Source: an uncultured Gammaproteobacteria bacterium (GTDB taxonomy: Bacteria; Pseudomonadota; Gammaproteobacteria; UBA9214). Taken from it: a DNA stretch of 34,026 bases. The notes under the pieces are model-generated. The model was not told the origin of the DNA and did no database searches. It saw only the letters and a list, made by a program, of their open reading frames with translations. The DNA lies in contig CAJQOV010000064.1 of assembly GCA_905480065.1 (NCBI GenBank), forward strand, positions 1-34,026, given 5' to 3'. Made by a program: the position numbers and the translations under genes. Positions 28,301 through 34,026 of the stretch are shown in pieces (within the stretch, counting starts at the first letter, position 1; every line of letters starts with the position of its first letter).

Positions 28301-29440
28301 ATCCCGGTAACCATGTTGGGTATTATCCCGGGGCACTGGATCATGGGTGCTGAATTTACTGCGACCTCGATGATCGGCATGATCGCACTGGGTGGAATTA
28401 TTGTCAGACAGTCCATCCTGATTGTAGAGTTCGTGAAAATCGAAGTGGCAAATGGCAAGGATGTTGCTGAAGCCGCGGTACGCGGTGCCGAGATGCGCAT
28501 GCGTCCAATCTTCATCACCTCGCTAACCCTGATGGCGGGCGCCATCGCGATCCTTTCTGACCCTATCTTCAATGGTATGGCAATCAGCCTGCTGTTCGGC
28601 GGGGGTGTTGCCACAGTGATGGCGCTCCTGATTATTCCGCTTGGCTGTATCAGTGCAAGGAAGCAGTTCTATGTTCAGACCTCCGATGACGGCACGGTAG
28701 GGATCAGCCCGGCGTATGACCTGGTCGAGGCGCCAGAGCCAGAGCAAACCGGTGGCACATCAACACCGCTACTCATGCGTGCATGGGGCGGGATGTTCTC
28801 GCTGTTCTCCTGGTTATTTATCGTCATCAAAGCCTTCTTCACCCTGATTGGAATGGGCTTGAAGGGTATTACGAGTAAGTCTGGTGGCGGGGGCGGAACG
28901 CCTCCGCCGCCTCGTCCTCCGGCACCGGGTGGTGGCACACCTCCGCCACCGCGTGAGACACCTCCGGGTGGTGGCACACCTCCACCCCCGCGTGAGACAC
29001 CACCGGGTGGCGGCACACCCCCGCCCCCGCGTGAGGCACATCCGGGTGGTGGCACACCTCCGCCCCCGCGTGAGGCACCTCCGGGTGGCGGCACACCCCC
29101 GCCACCAAGGGAAGCACCTTCCACAGCGAAGGGTACGCCACCCCCACCGAGGGAGGCCCCGGCTGAGTCAAAAGGTGCATCACAACCAGGCGCAGCGCCT
29201 TCGAAAGTAAAGGGCACCCCCCCACCACCAAGGGAGATGCCAGCAGCGCCCCAACCGGAAGCACGGGCCAGCACAGGCTCACCGGCACCTGCGCCAGGCG
29301 AGAACGAGTCCGCTGGTGCCGCAGGTAGTGCAGAGTCTGGGGATGTTACCCCGGTTGCCGGTGACGGGGACGATGATGATACGGATGGCGCGATTGGCAA
29401 GAAGCGCAGGGGCATACGCCTGAAGCAGGATTTGAACTAA
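25400..29440 (+). CDS. RND permease (PRQEDPQI subtype) with about 255-aa C-terminal extension
   Basis: TPRQEDPQISVPMIDV, GILVDDATVVVENI, KMLPFDNK, GEWTVTYETFRDMG, GIIVRQSILIVEF, RMRPIFITSL. After the last canonical TM come a hydrophobic segment, Pro repeats and a KKRRGIRLK end. Confidence 0.93.
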   Translation: MTEQEKKFSTPANYEAHSLGIAGRTARLFITSPVTPMILIVSLLVGLIGLFFTPRQEDPQISVPMIDVFVQYTGASAEQVSSLVTEPLERLLQEIPGIRHTYTATERGRAMITVRFKVGEDMGQSIVKVRDKILSSMDKIPPNVSPPLIKPVGIDDVPIVTLTLWSEDVDDGALRFLALDMLQNIGEVDGVGKGFIVGGREDQVRVEVLPERLSGFGISLQQVAQTINTANSEQTAGDVESGGLSFSVRTGSFLTNAKEIGRLVIGIRNGSPVYVRDVAHVSQEPAEPSQMAAFYTGPAYEGETGPAQGFPAVTVAIAKKEGTNGVTISQKILKKVEALKGDLIPANVHVTITRDYGKSANDKVNELLKAMAEAAIIVSVLCLIGLGVRAAIVVIAVIPVVILLTIWWAMMVDYTIDRVSLFALFFSIGILVDDATVVVENIFRHWLEKGRTSVAVAIDAVREVGNPTILATFTIIAALLPMGWVSGLMGPYMRPIPVLGASAMFFSLVAAFIFTPWMAVKVAPRQASLRKAEEKEKKAHQRISRLYRPIIMPLINNRKLGLLFLFSIIGATAALCLTFYTQTVAVKMLPFDNKPEFSVIVNMPEGTAMPDTANVVMALAEAVRKIPEVTAVTTYAGTAQPFNFNGMVRHYYLRQRPWEGDLLVMLKDKKHRKRGSHEIAVDARAILKPVADSMGARIAVVEMPPGPPVLQTVVAEVYGPNDETRRQVARDMTAIFNSVEGVVDVDNYMAEPYEYWRFDVDTEKAVRRGISVDTINGSLAMAMGSYKLGDIKRGTVLEPTYIVMQIPLAIRSQVTRLGDLPIPSSDGHTLPLSELGEFKKGYEDPIKYTIDLKPIEYVVAEMEGRLGAPIYGMLDIEDKLKEYKTPDGVFMETMPKTILGKPGDWTFIGERADPGLQSGYEWTGEWTVTYETFRDMGGAFMAALILIYGLIVWEFKNFALAGLIMSPIPVTMLGIIPGHWIMGAEFTATSMIGMIALGGIIVRQSILIVEFVKIEVANGKDVAEAAVRGAEMRMRPIFITSLTLMAGAIAILSDPIFNGMAISLLFGGGVATVMALLIIPLGCISARKQFYVQTSDDGTVGISPAYDLVEAPEPEQTGGTSTPLLMRAWGGMFSLFSWLFIVIKAFFTLIGMGLKGITSKSGGGGGTPPPPRPPAPGGGTPPPPRETPPGGGTPPPPRETPPGGGTPPPPREAHPGGGTPPPPREAPPGGGTPPPPREAPSTAKGTPPPPREAPAESKGASQPGAAPSKVKGTPPPPREMPAAPQPEARASTGSPAPAPGENESAGAAGSAESGDVTPVAGDGDDDDTDGAIGKKRRGIRLKQDLN
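28883..29242 (+). repeat. 39-bp coding tandem repeat, GGGTPPPPRE(T/A)PP
   Basis: Eight GTPPPPR cores: seven closely spaced, one offset. Codons vary synonymously between units. Confidence 0.92.
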
Positions 29441-29480
29441 TCTTATACCGAGCTGTATGTATTTCAGGAAGGTACTGCAT

Positions 29481-30197
29481 ATGAATATTAAATCGATCTC
29501 GCCAGGGTTGCTCATATTGACCGTCTCGATGGCGGCGATGCCGGTGTTTGGTGAGGAGCCGTTGCCTTACCATTACTCGGATGAATGGTCAGTGGTCTCC
29601 GCGCCACCACCTGCCGGACCCTACCACCCCGTCAATATTGATCCTCGCGTGCCCGGGCCGGGTACGGTTACTGCGTTACCCATGATGCCGCAGCAGCCAT
29701 TGGAAAATGAAGGGAACGCTGGAGAACCAACCACCAGCAGTGCAGACACCGCGGCGCAACAGCCAGTCGTCGAGTTACCAGCAGCTGTTGAGCAAGACAT
29801 AGCTGCGAGCGTTCCCGGTAACGCGCCTGCAGCGGGGATTCCTGCAACAGTGATAGAACCTGTAACCCCGGCGGAAAGCGCAAAGGCGCTGCACTCAATG
29901 CCAGGCGCTGGCAGCGGGGAGACCGGTAGCAGCGATTCCTACATGCCGCGCTGGAATGCAAACAGACGCTGGACAGCGCCGGCGCCCGGCTACGGCAGAC
30001 CAATGTCACCACCGCTGCCGGCATACAATTACCCACCGCCCGGCTACCCGAATCAGTCCATGTACCGGGGGCCGCGCAACATGCCGCCACCCGGGTATTA
30101 CGGTCCTTCAGGCCGTGGCGCTGAGCCGGAGGTGCCACCGCCGTCTGTGTATGAGGGGAACTATGGGCGCCCGCCATATCAGGGCGCCGGCTGGTGA
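29481..30197 (+). CDS. Secreted Pro/Gly/Tyr-rich low-complexity protein
   Basis: RBS CAGGAAGG before ATG 29481; signal MNIKSISPGLLILTVSMAAMPVFG|EE; APPPAGPY; acidic middle; YPPPGY/PPPGYYGP C-terminus; no Cys. Confidence 0.75.
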   Translation: MNIKSISPGLLILTVSMAAMPVFGEEPLPYHYSDEWSVVSAPPPAGPYHPVNIDPRVPGPGTVTALPMMPQQPLENEGNAGEPTTSSADTAAQQPVVELPAAVEQDIAASVPGNAPAAGIPATVIEPVTPAESAKALHSMPGAGSGETGSSDSYMPRWNANRRWTAPAPGYGRPMSPPLPAYNYPPPGYPNQSMYRGPRNMPPPGYYGPSGRGAEPEVPPPSVYEGNYGRPPYQGAGW

Positions 30198-30231
30198 TGA
30201 ACCGGCGCTTTTATGGCTTAGCCTTCCTGTC

Positions 30232-30936
30232 ATGAATCGAGGATCAGACCTATCTTTTCAACTTTCTCAAGCGTCAGGTATTTTTGTCTCCATCATCATA
30301 ATGTCACTCAGTGGCTGCGGGGGGCATGATGCCGGAGGGCAACAATCTGTTCCGGAAGCAAATCAGCCAATCCGGCCGCCCCCGGTGGTGCTTGAATGGT
30401 ATCCTTCGCCAAAAACGCAGCAACCACAACTTCTGTTTGATACAGCGCCTGCAACAAGTATGAGTCAGCAGACACCTGGGCAGTGGGCGCCCGCACAATC
30501 GACGAATCAGTCCTATTCCTATCCAGGCCAGCCTGTTCCGCAGGCATGGATTATTGTCCCTGCACCTCCTGCCGGGTATGGCGGTCAAATAGCAGGCTAT
30601 GCAGGTCAATATAACAGTGGGGCGGCAACCGGGGTATGGCAACAACCCGTACCGGTGTGGAATGCGCCACCTCCACAGCCGCAAACCTATTATCCGCAAG
30701 CGCCAGTTCAACAGTTTCAGTCAGCACCGGCACAACAGGGGACCTACGTGCAACGTCCGTGGGGGCAATATACTGAAAGTGACGCTGGCAAGAGCAGTGC
30801 TCGTGGTATAACTACCTGGCAGACCACTAATTCGATGCCTGCGTGGACGGTGCCGGGTTACTCCGGCAGCACGGTACCGTATCCCGCTTACAACGGTACT
30901 TATCCGGGTGCTCCAGTTCCGGGTTATGTCTGGTAG
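30232..30936 (+). CDS. Pro/Gln/Tyr/Trp-rich lipoprotein
   Basis: ATG 30232, hydrophobic stretch and lipobox LSGC; low-complexity P/Q/Y/W mature region ending PGYVW. Exact start uncertain. Confidence 0.68.
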   Translation: MNRGSDLSFQLSQASGIFVSIIIMSLSGCGGHDAGGQQSVPEANQPIRPPPVVLEWYPSPKTQQPQLLFDTAPATSMSQQTPGQWAPAQSTNQSYSYPGQPVPQAWIIVPAPPAGYGGQIAGYAGQYNSGAATGVWQQPVPVWNAPPPQPQTYYPQAPVQQFQSAPAQQGTYVQRPWGQYTESDAGKSSARGITTWQTTNSMPAWTVPGYSGSTVPYPAYNGTYPGAPVPGYVW

Positions 30937-31068
30937 CAGAAAAGATGCAATACGAAAGATTTAGAGTCCCCGACAGGGGATCCGTACCCCCCCCGCCTTT
31001 AGCTCGCGGATGACCGGTAATGATTTGTGTAGTGCCGTGGATATCCTGTACCAGGATAAAAAATGATT

Positions 31069-31168
31069 CCCTTCTCCCTCCGGGAGAAGGCCAGGATGAG
31101 GGGATATAAATCAAGGGGGCGATGTATTGATCCCCTCTCCCCAACCCTCCCCCTGAGGGGGAGGGGGG
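31069..31168. repeat. Inverted doublet of REP-like CCC(T/C)TC(T/C)CC..GG(G/A)GA elements
   Basis: CCCTTCTCCCTCCGGGAGAAGGCCAGGATGAGGGG (31069-31103) and an inverted related copy CCCCTCTCCCCAACCCTCCCCCTGAGGGGGAGGGG (from 31132), each with an internal hairpin. Confidence 0.7.
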
Positions 31169-31213
31169 TTAATCGGCCGAATGGCCGATCGGTCCGGCCT
31201 TTAGCCGTGACCC

Positions 31214-31246
31214 GAAGCTACCGGCTTTAGCCGGTGGAGTATTTAC
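31214..31246 (+). mobile_element. IS200/IS605-like terminal hairpin remnant
   Basis: GAAGCTACCGGCTTTAGCCGGTGGAGTATTTAC resembles the subterminal palindromes of this family. No transposase nearby. Confidence 0.5.
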
Positions 31247-31428
31247 ACCATGGCTATAGTCCATATGGTTATGTGGACCCGGTTGGGGTGGTTCAGACTG
31301 AAATATGCAAGACTCGAGGTAACGCGGGAAACCGTGACTTGGCTGCTTTCTCCCTGAGGCGAAAAGTCAATTTTATCAGGGAATTACGGCAACTGAAAAC
31401 CAGTTTGCCGAATACTGGAGATTCAAAG

Positions 31429-31863
31429 ATGAAGATGAACAAGCTAACAAAAACTCTGTGCGCAGCTGCTGTTGCCGGTTTGGTGGCAATTCCGTTCTCA
31501 ACTGCACATGCCTGGGGCGGATGGGGCCCCATGGGTGGCAATAATTGGGGTAATGACTGGGGTCCGTTTGACGGTAGCGGTGATGGAAGCGGCGACTTCG
31601 ACATGAGCTGGAGCGGTCGTGGCAGCGGTTCCGGTCGTGGACAAGGTTATGGCCGCGGCTACGGATATGGTGATGGTTATGGCTACGGTGGTCCGGGCTA
31701 TGGCTATGGTCCATATGGTGGTGGCCCGTATGGTGGTGGCCCGTATGGCGCCCCGTACGGCGGTGGTTATGGTGGTGCACCCTATGGTGGTGCACCCTAT
31801 GGTGGTGCGCCCTATGGTGCCCCTCCGGCACCGGTAGCACCTCCTGTCGGTGGTGCCCGCTAA
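31429..31863 (+). CDS. Sulfur globule envelope protein, SgpA/SgpB (CV1/CV2) type
   Basis: GGAG RBS; signal peptide ending TAHA|WGGWGP; GDGSGDFDMSW matches the GDG.GDFNMS core I recall from Allochromatium SgpA; GYGRGYG and G(G/A)PYG repeats; Pro/Ala tail; Cys-free mature protein. Confidence 0.88.
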   Translation: MKMNKLTKTLCAAAVAGLVAIPFSTAHAWGGWGPMGGNNWGNDWGPFDGSGDGSGDFDMSWSGRGSGSGRGQGYGRGYGYGDGYGYGGPGYGYGPYGGGPYGGGPYGAPYGGGYGGAPYGGAPYGGAPYGAPPAPVAPPVGGAR

Positions 31864-31874
31864 ACCAGCAGGTC

Positions 31875-31910
31875 AGAAGCGAGCCGGATGATCCGGCTCG
31901 CTTCTTTTAT
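31875..31910 (+). terminator. Rho-independent terminator after the sulfur globule gene
   Basis: AGAAGCGAGCCGGAT-G-ATCCGGCTCGCTTCT followed by TTTAT. Confidence 0.85.
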
Positions 31911-31953
31911 CAGGTCTCCCAGAATCAATGTATTCCTAATCACAGGTTGCAAA

Positions 31954-32709
31954 ATGCGATTCCAGTTGAAATTTCTCCCGGTTATTCTCGTTGTTCTATG
32001 CGCTATGCCGTGTTTTTCCCAGGCGGGTGTTGAATTCAGCGCTGATTCAGTGGAGTCTCACCCCAAGTATGGAGATCGCACGGGTCGTTTGTTTATGGGG
32101 CACAACAGGATTCGTACCGATTTCGAAATAAATGGTGAAAAAATTATCCAGATCATCGATCTGGACAAACAACAGGCAACCATTGTCAACGTTGCCCTAA
32201 AGTCCTTCATGCGCAGGCAGGCAGGCAGGACAGACATGAAGAATTCTGCCGATTCATCGGGGAATATGAATCCGTGCGCAAATATGCAGAACCTGGACTG
32301 CAAGGATGCGGGTTCCGAGATGGTCAATGGTCGCCGCACACACAAGTGGGTTATCACCGGCGCAGGTCAGACCGACACCATGACGTTCTGGCTGGATGAG
32401 CAGCGCAAGATCCCGGTCCGTCAGGTCATGCCCGATGGCTCGCTGATGGAGTTGCGGATGCTGGGAAGCGAAACTGTGAATGGACGCTCGACAGAAAAGT
32501 GGGAGATGAGCAGTCGTTCTCCAAATGGTGAAAGCCAGCAGTCGACACAATGGTATGATCCGGAATTAAATATCAATGTTCGCGAGGAGCAACCGGGCGG
32601 ATTTACCAGAAACTTGATAAATATCAAGCTTGGCAAGCAACCGGATGACGTATTCTCGGTGCCGCCAGGGTTTGCTGAACAATCCACGCCGCAACAGCCT
32701 GGTCAGTAA
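31954..32709 (+). CDS. Periplasmic DUF4412 / LolA-like fold protein
   Basis: Signal MRFQLKFLPVILVVLCAMPCFSQA|; FSAD; duplicated GSE.VNGR.T.KW...W.D motif; C-terminal QPDDVFSVPPGF. Confidence 0.72.
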   Translation: MRFQLKFLPVILVVLCAMPCFSQAGVEFSADSVESHPKYGDRTGRLFMGHNRIRTDFEINGEKIIQIIDLDKQQATIVNVALKSFMRRQAGRTDMKNSADSSGNMNPCANMQNLDCKDAGSEMVNGRRTHKWVITGAGQTDTMTFWLDEQRKIPVRQVMPDGSLMELRMLGSETVNGRSTEKWEMSSRSPNGESQQSTQWYDPELNINVREEQPGGFTRNLINIKLGKQPDDVFSVPPGFAEQSTPQQPGQ

Positions 32710-32772
32710 CGGGTAGATTGCCGGAACGCGACTCGAACGACTGAAAATCAGAGAGGGGGCAGGACTGGCGAA

Positions 32773-33435
32773 ATGATTACAGTAATCGCAAATCTGAAAG
32801 GCGGGTCTGGCAAGAGTACGGTTGCATTCAATCTTGCTGTGTGGCTGGAAAGAAATGGCCGAAAAGTGATAGGTTACGACCTTGATCCGCAGTGTACCTT
32901 CAGTGATCTGGGGATGTTACGTCGTGAAATCGGCAACAAGCCGGATATCGAGATTCATTCGGTGCGCGCGGTTCTTGGCGAACAGCTGATGGCACATGGC
33001 GAGTGCGAGGTGCTGGTTGATGTGGGCGCAGCCAATATGGCCGCGATGAAAGAGGCAATGGCAACGGCCGACCGGGTTCTTATCCCTGTGCCACCCAGTC
33101 AGGCGGATGTGTGGGCAACACAGCGATTCCTGCATATCGTCAGCCCCGATATGGAAGTAGTGAGGCTGAATGGCAGGCACAGGACCATGGCTTTCGTGAA
33201 CCGCGCGGACACCAATCTGTCTATACGCGAAACCGAGGAAACCGAGGAAGCATTACGCATGCTACCCGGTATCGATGAAGTAATGCCGCAGCGCCTCAAA
33301 ATGCGCACCAGCTTCCGGCGTTCACTCAGTGAAGGACTGGCTGTTTTTGAAATGTGGCCGCGCAGCAAGGCGGCGGATGAGTTCCGGGTGCTCGCAACAG
33401 CGCTTTACCCTGAAGTTGTCGGACAAATGAATTAA
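32773..33435 (+). CDS. Short orphan ParA/MinD-family ATPase
   Basis: Deviant Walker A KGGSGKST, A' DLDPQ, Walker B VLVDVG, PVPPSQAD, NRAD; 220 aa, no N-terminal HTH, no parB adjacent. Confidence 0.9.
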   Translation: MITVIANLKGGSGKSTVAFNLAVWLERNGRKVIGYDLDPQCTFSDLGMLRREIGNKPDIEIHSVRAVLGEQLMAHGECEVLVDVGAANMAAMKEAMATADRVLIPVPPSQADVWATQRFLHIVSPDMEVVRLNGRHRTMAFVNRADTNLSIRETEETEEALRMLPGIDEVMPQRLKMRTSFRRSLSEGLAVFEMWPRSKAADEFRVLATALYPEVVGQMN

Positions 33436-33456
33436 TTATTTTCAGGAGCAACATCA

Positions 33457-34026
33457 ATGAACCTGTTCGCACGAATACTCAGTCATGGTTTTGCACTTGT
33501 TCTGGTTGCACTGCTGGCGATCGGGCTGGTTTATCGTGGTGACCTGTTTCCGGGATTGAAATTGCCGGAATTCCTGACCCAGGATTCCGGACAGGAACAG
33601 GACGAAAGTAAGCCCCCGGCTGCCGATGAAAAAATGCAATCCGCCGGCACGACCAGTGAGCCGACAGGGGAAGAGTCTACGGTTACCCCGGCACCCGTAA
33701 ACAGGGACGAGGATTCCGCTATTTCCGGCTCCGCAATGCCGGCTTCATCCGGCGTAACGGATGGTGCAGACGAACAGACCGATAGCGGCGTATCCGCCAG
33801 CAATGCTTTGTCGCCTGAACCGGCAGCTGTTGCGCAGGAGTCACCCGGCGAAATAGCAGCTGGTAGCGAATACCCGGTAGATGCGGAAGAGCAGCGTGCT
33901 GCGCGGACCCTTGCAGAACCGTTGGTTCCCACTGAGCCTGCAGCTGCCGAAAGCGAACCGATGCCCGAGCAGGCCTATGAGCCTGCACCCGGGCAGGCCT
34001 ATGAGCCTGCACCCGAGCAGGCCTAT
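33457..34026 (+). CDS. 3'-truncated membrane-anchored acidic/Pro-rich protein (absent from the ORF track)
   Basis: CAGGAG RBS, ATG 33457, MNLFARILSHGFALVLVALLAIGLVYRGDLFP, then an E/D/S/A/P-rich region. Open for 190 codons to the window end. Confidence 0.82.
   Translation, partial: MNLFARILSHGFALVLVALLAIGLVYRGDLFPGLKLPEFLTQDSGQEQDESKPPAADEKMQSAGTTSEPTGEESTVTPAPVNRDEDSAISGSAMPASSGVTDGADEQTDSGVSASNALSPEPAAVAQESPGEIAAGSEYPVDAEEQRAARTLAEPLVPTEPAAAESEPMPEQAYEPAPGQAYEPAPEQAY
33964..34026 (+). repeat. 24-bp coding tandem repeat (PEQAYEPA), running off the window
   Basis: CCCGAGCAGGCCTATGAGCCTGCA / CCCGGGCAGGCCTATGAGCCTGCA / CCCGAGCAGGCCTAT. Confidence 0.88.

Noticed and set aside
28883-29242. Tandem repeats as a CRISPR array
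   Set aside because: In-frame coding repeats without unique spacers; no cas genes.
29956-30231. Longer N-terminus for the lipoprotein ORF
   Set aside because: Overlaps the upstream gene; the lipobox position supports a start near 30232.
31234-31428. 65-aa N-terminal extension of the Sgp ORF
   Set aside because: RBS and signal peptide place the start at 31429; the GTG lies within the IS-like hairpin.
32773-33435. ParA as evidence of a plasmid or prophage
   Set aside because: No rep, parB, integrase or phage genes; the context is chromosomal.

Overview
GC-rich proteobacterial chromosome segment, most consistent with a sulfur-storing gammaproteobacterium. That is an inference from an SgpA/B-type sulfur globule protein and from the DUF1631/PilZ/YiaD genes. 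There are four blocks. (1) 418-6813: a conventional MFP-RND-OMF efflux operon followed by a class II cytochrome c. (2) 7331-18694: a carbon-storage/pyruvate block with a CBM48 protein, ROK kinase, glgC, a hemolysin-III protein, ppsA-porG-porA-porB, a PorD/GltD(DsrL-like) fusion and a gnd remnant; two near-identical FNR-type boxes lie before glgC and ppsA. (3) 18696-22957: PilZ, DUF1631, an OmpA lipoprotein and a DUF5658-like membrane protein. (4) 23523-34026: the best candidate for an undescribed system. It is a co-oriented cluster of a Cys-free SCP2-fold protein, an atypical RND adaptor, an RND pump with a long Pro-repeat tail (no outer-membrane factor in the visible cluster), two Pro/Tyr/Gln-rich exported proteins, a sulfur globule protein, a LolA/DUF4412-like periplasmic protein, an orphan ParA and a membrane-anchored acidic protein cut by the window end. 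I interpret block 4 as a putative sulfur-globule export, assembly and positioning system. Family calls come from motifs read by eye; no searches were run.
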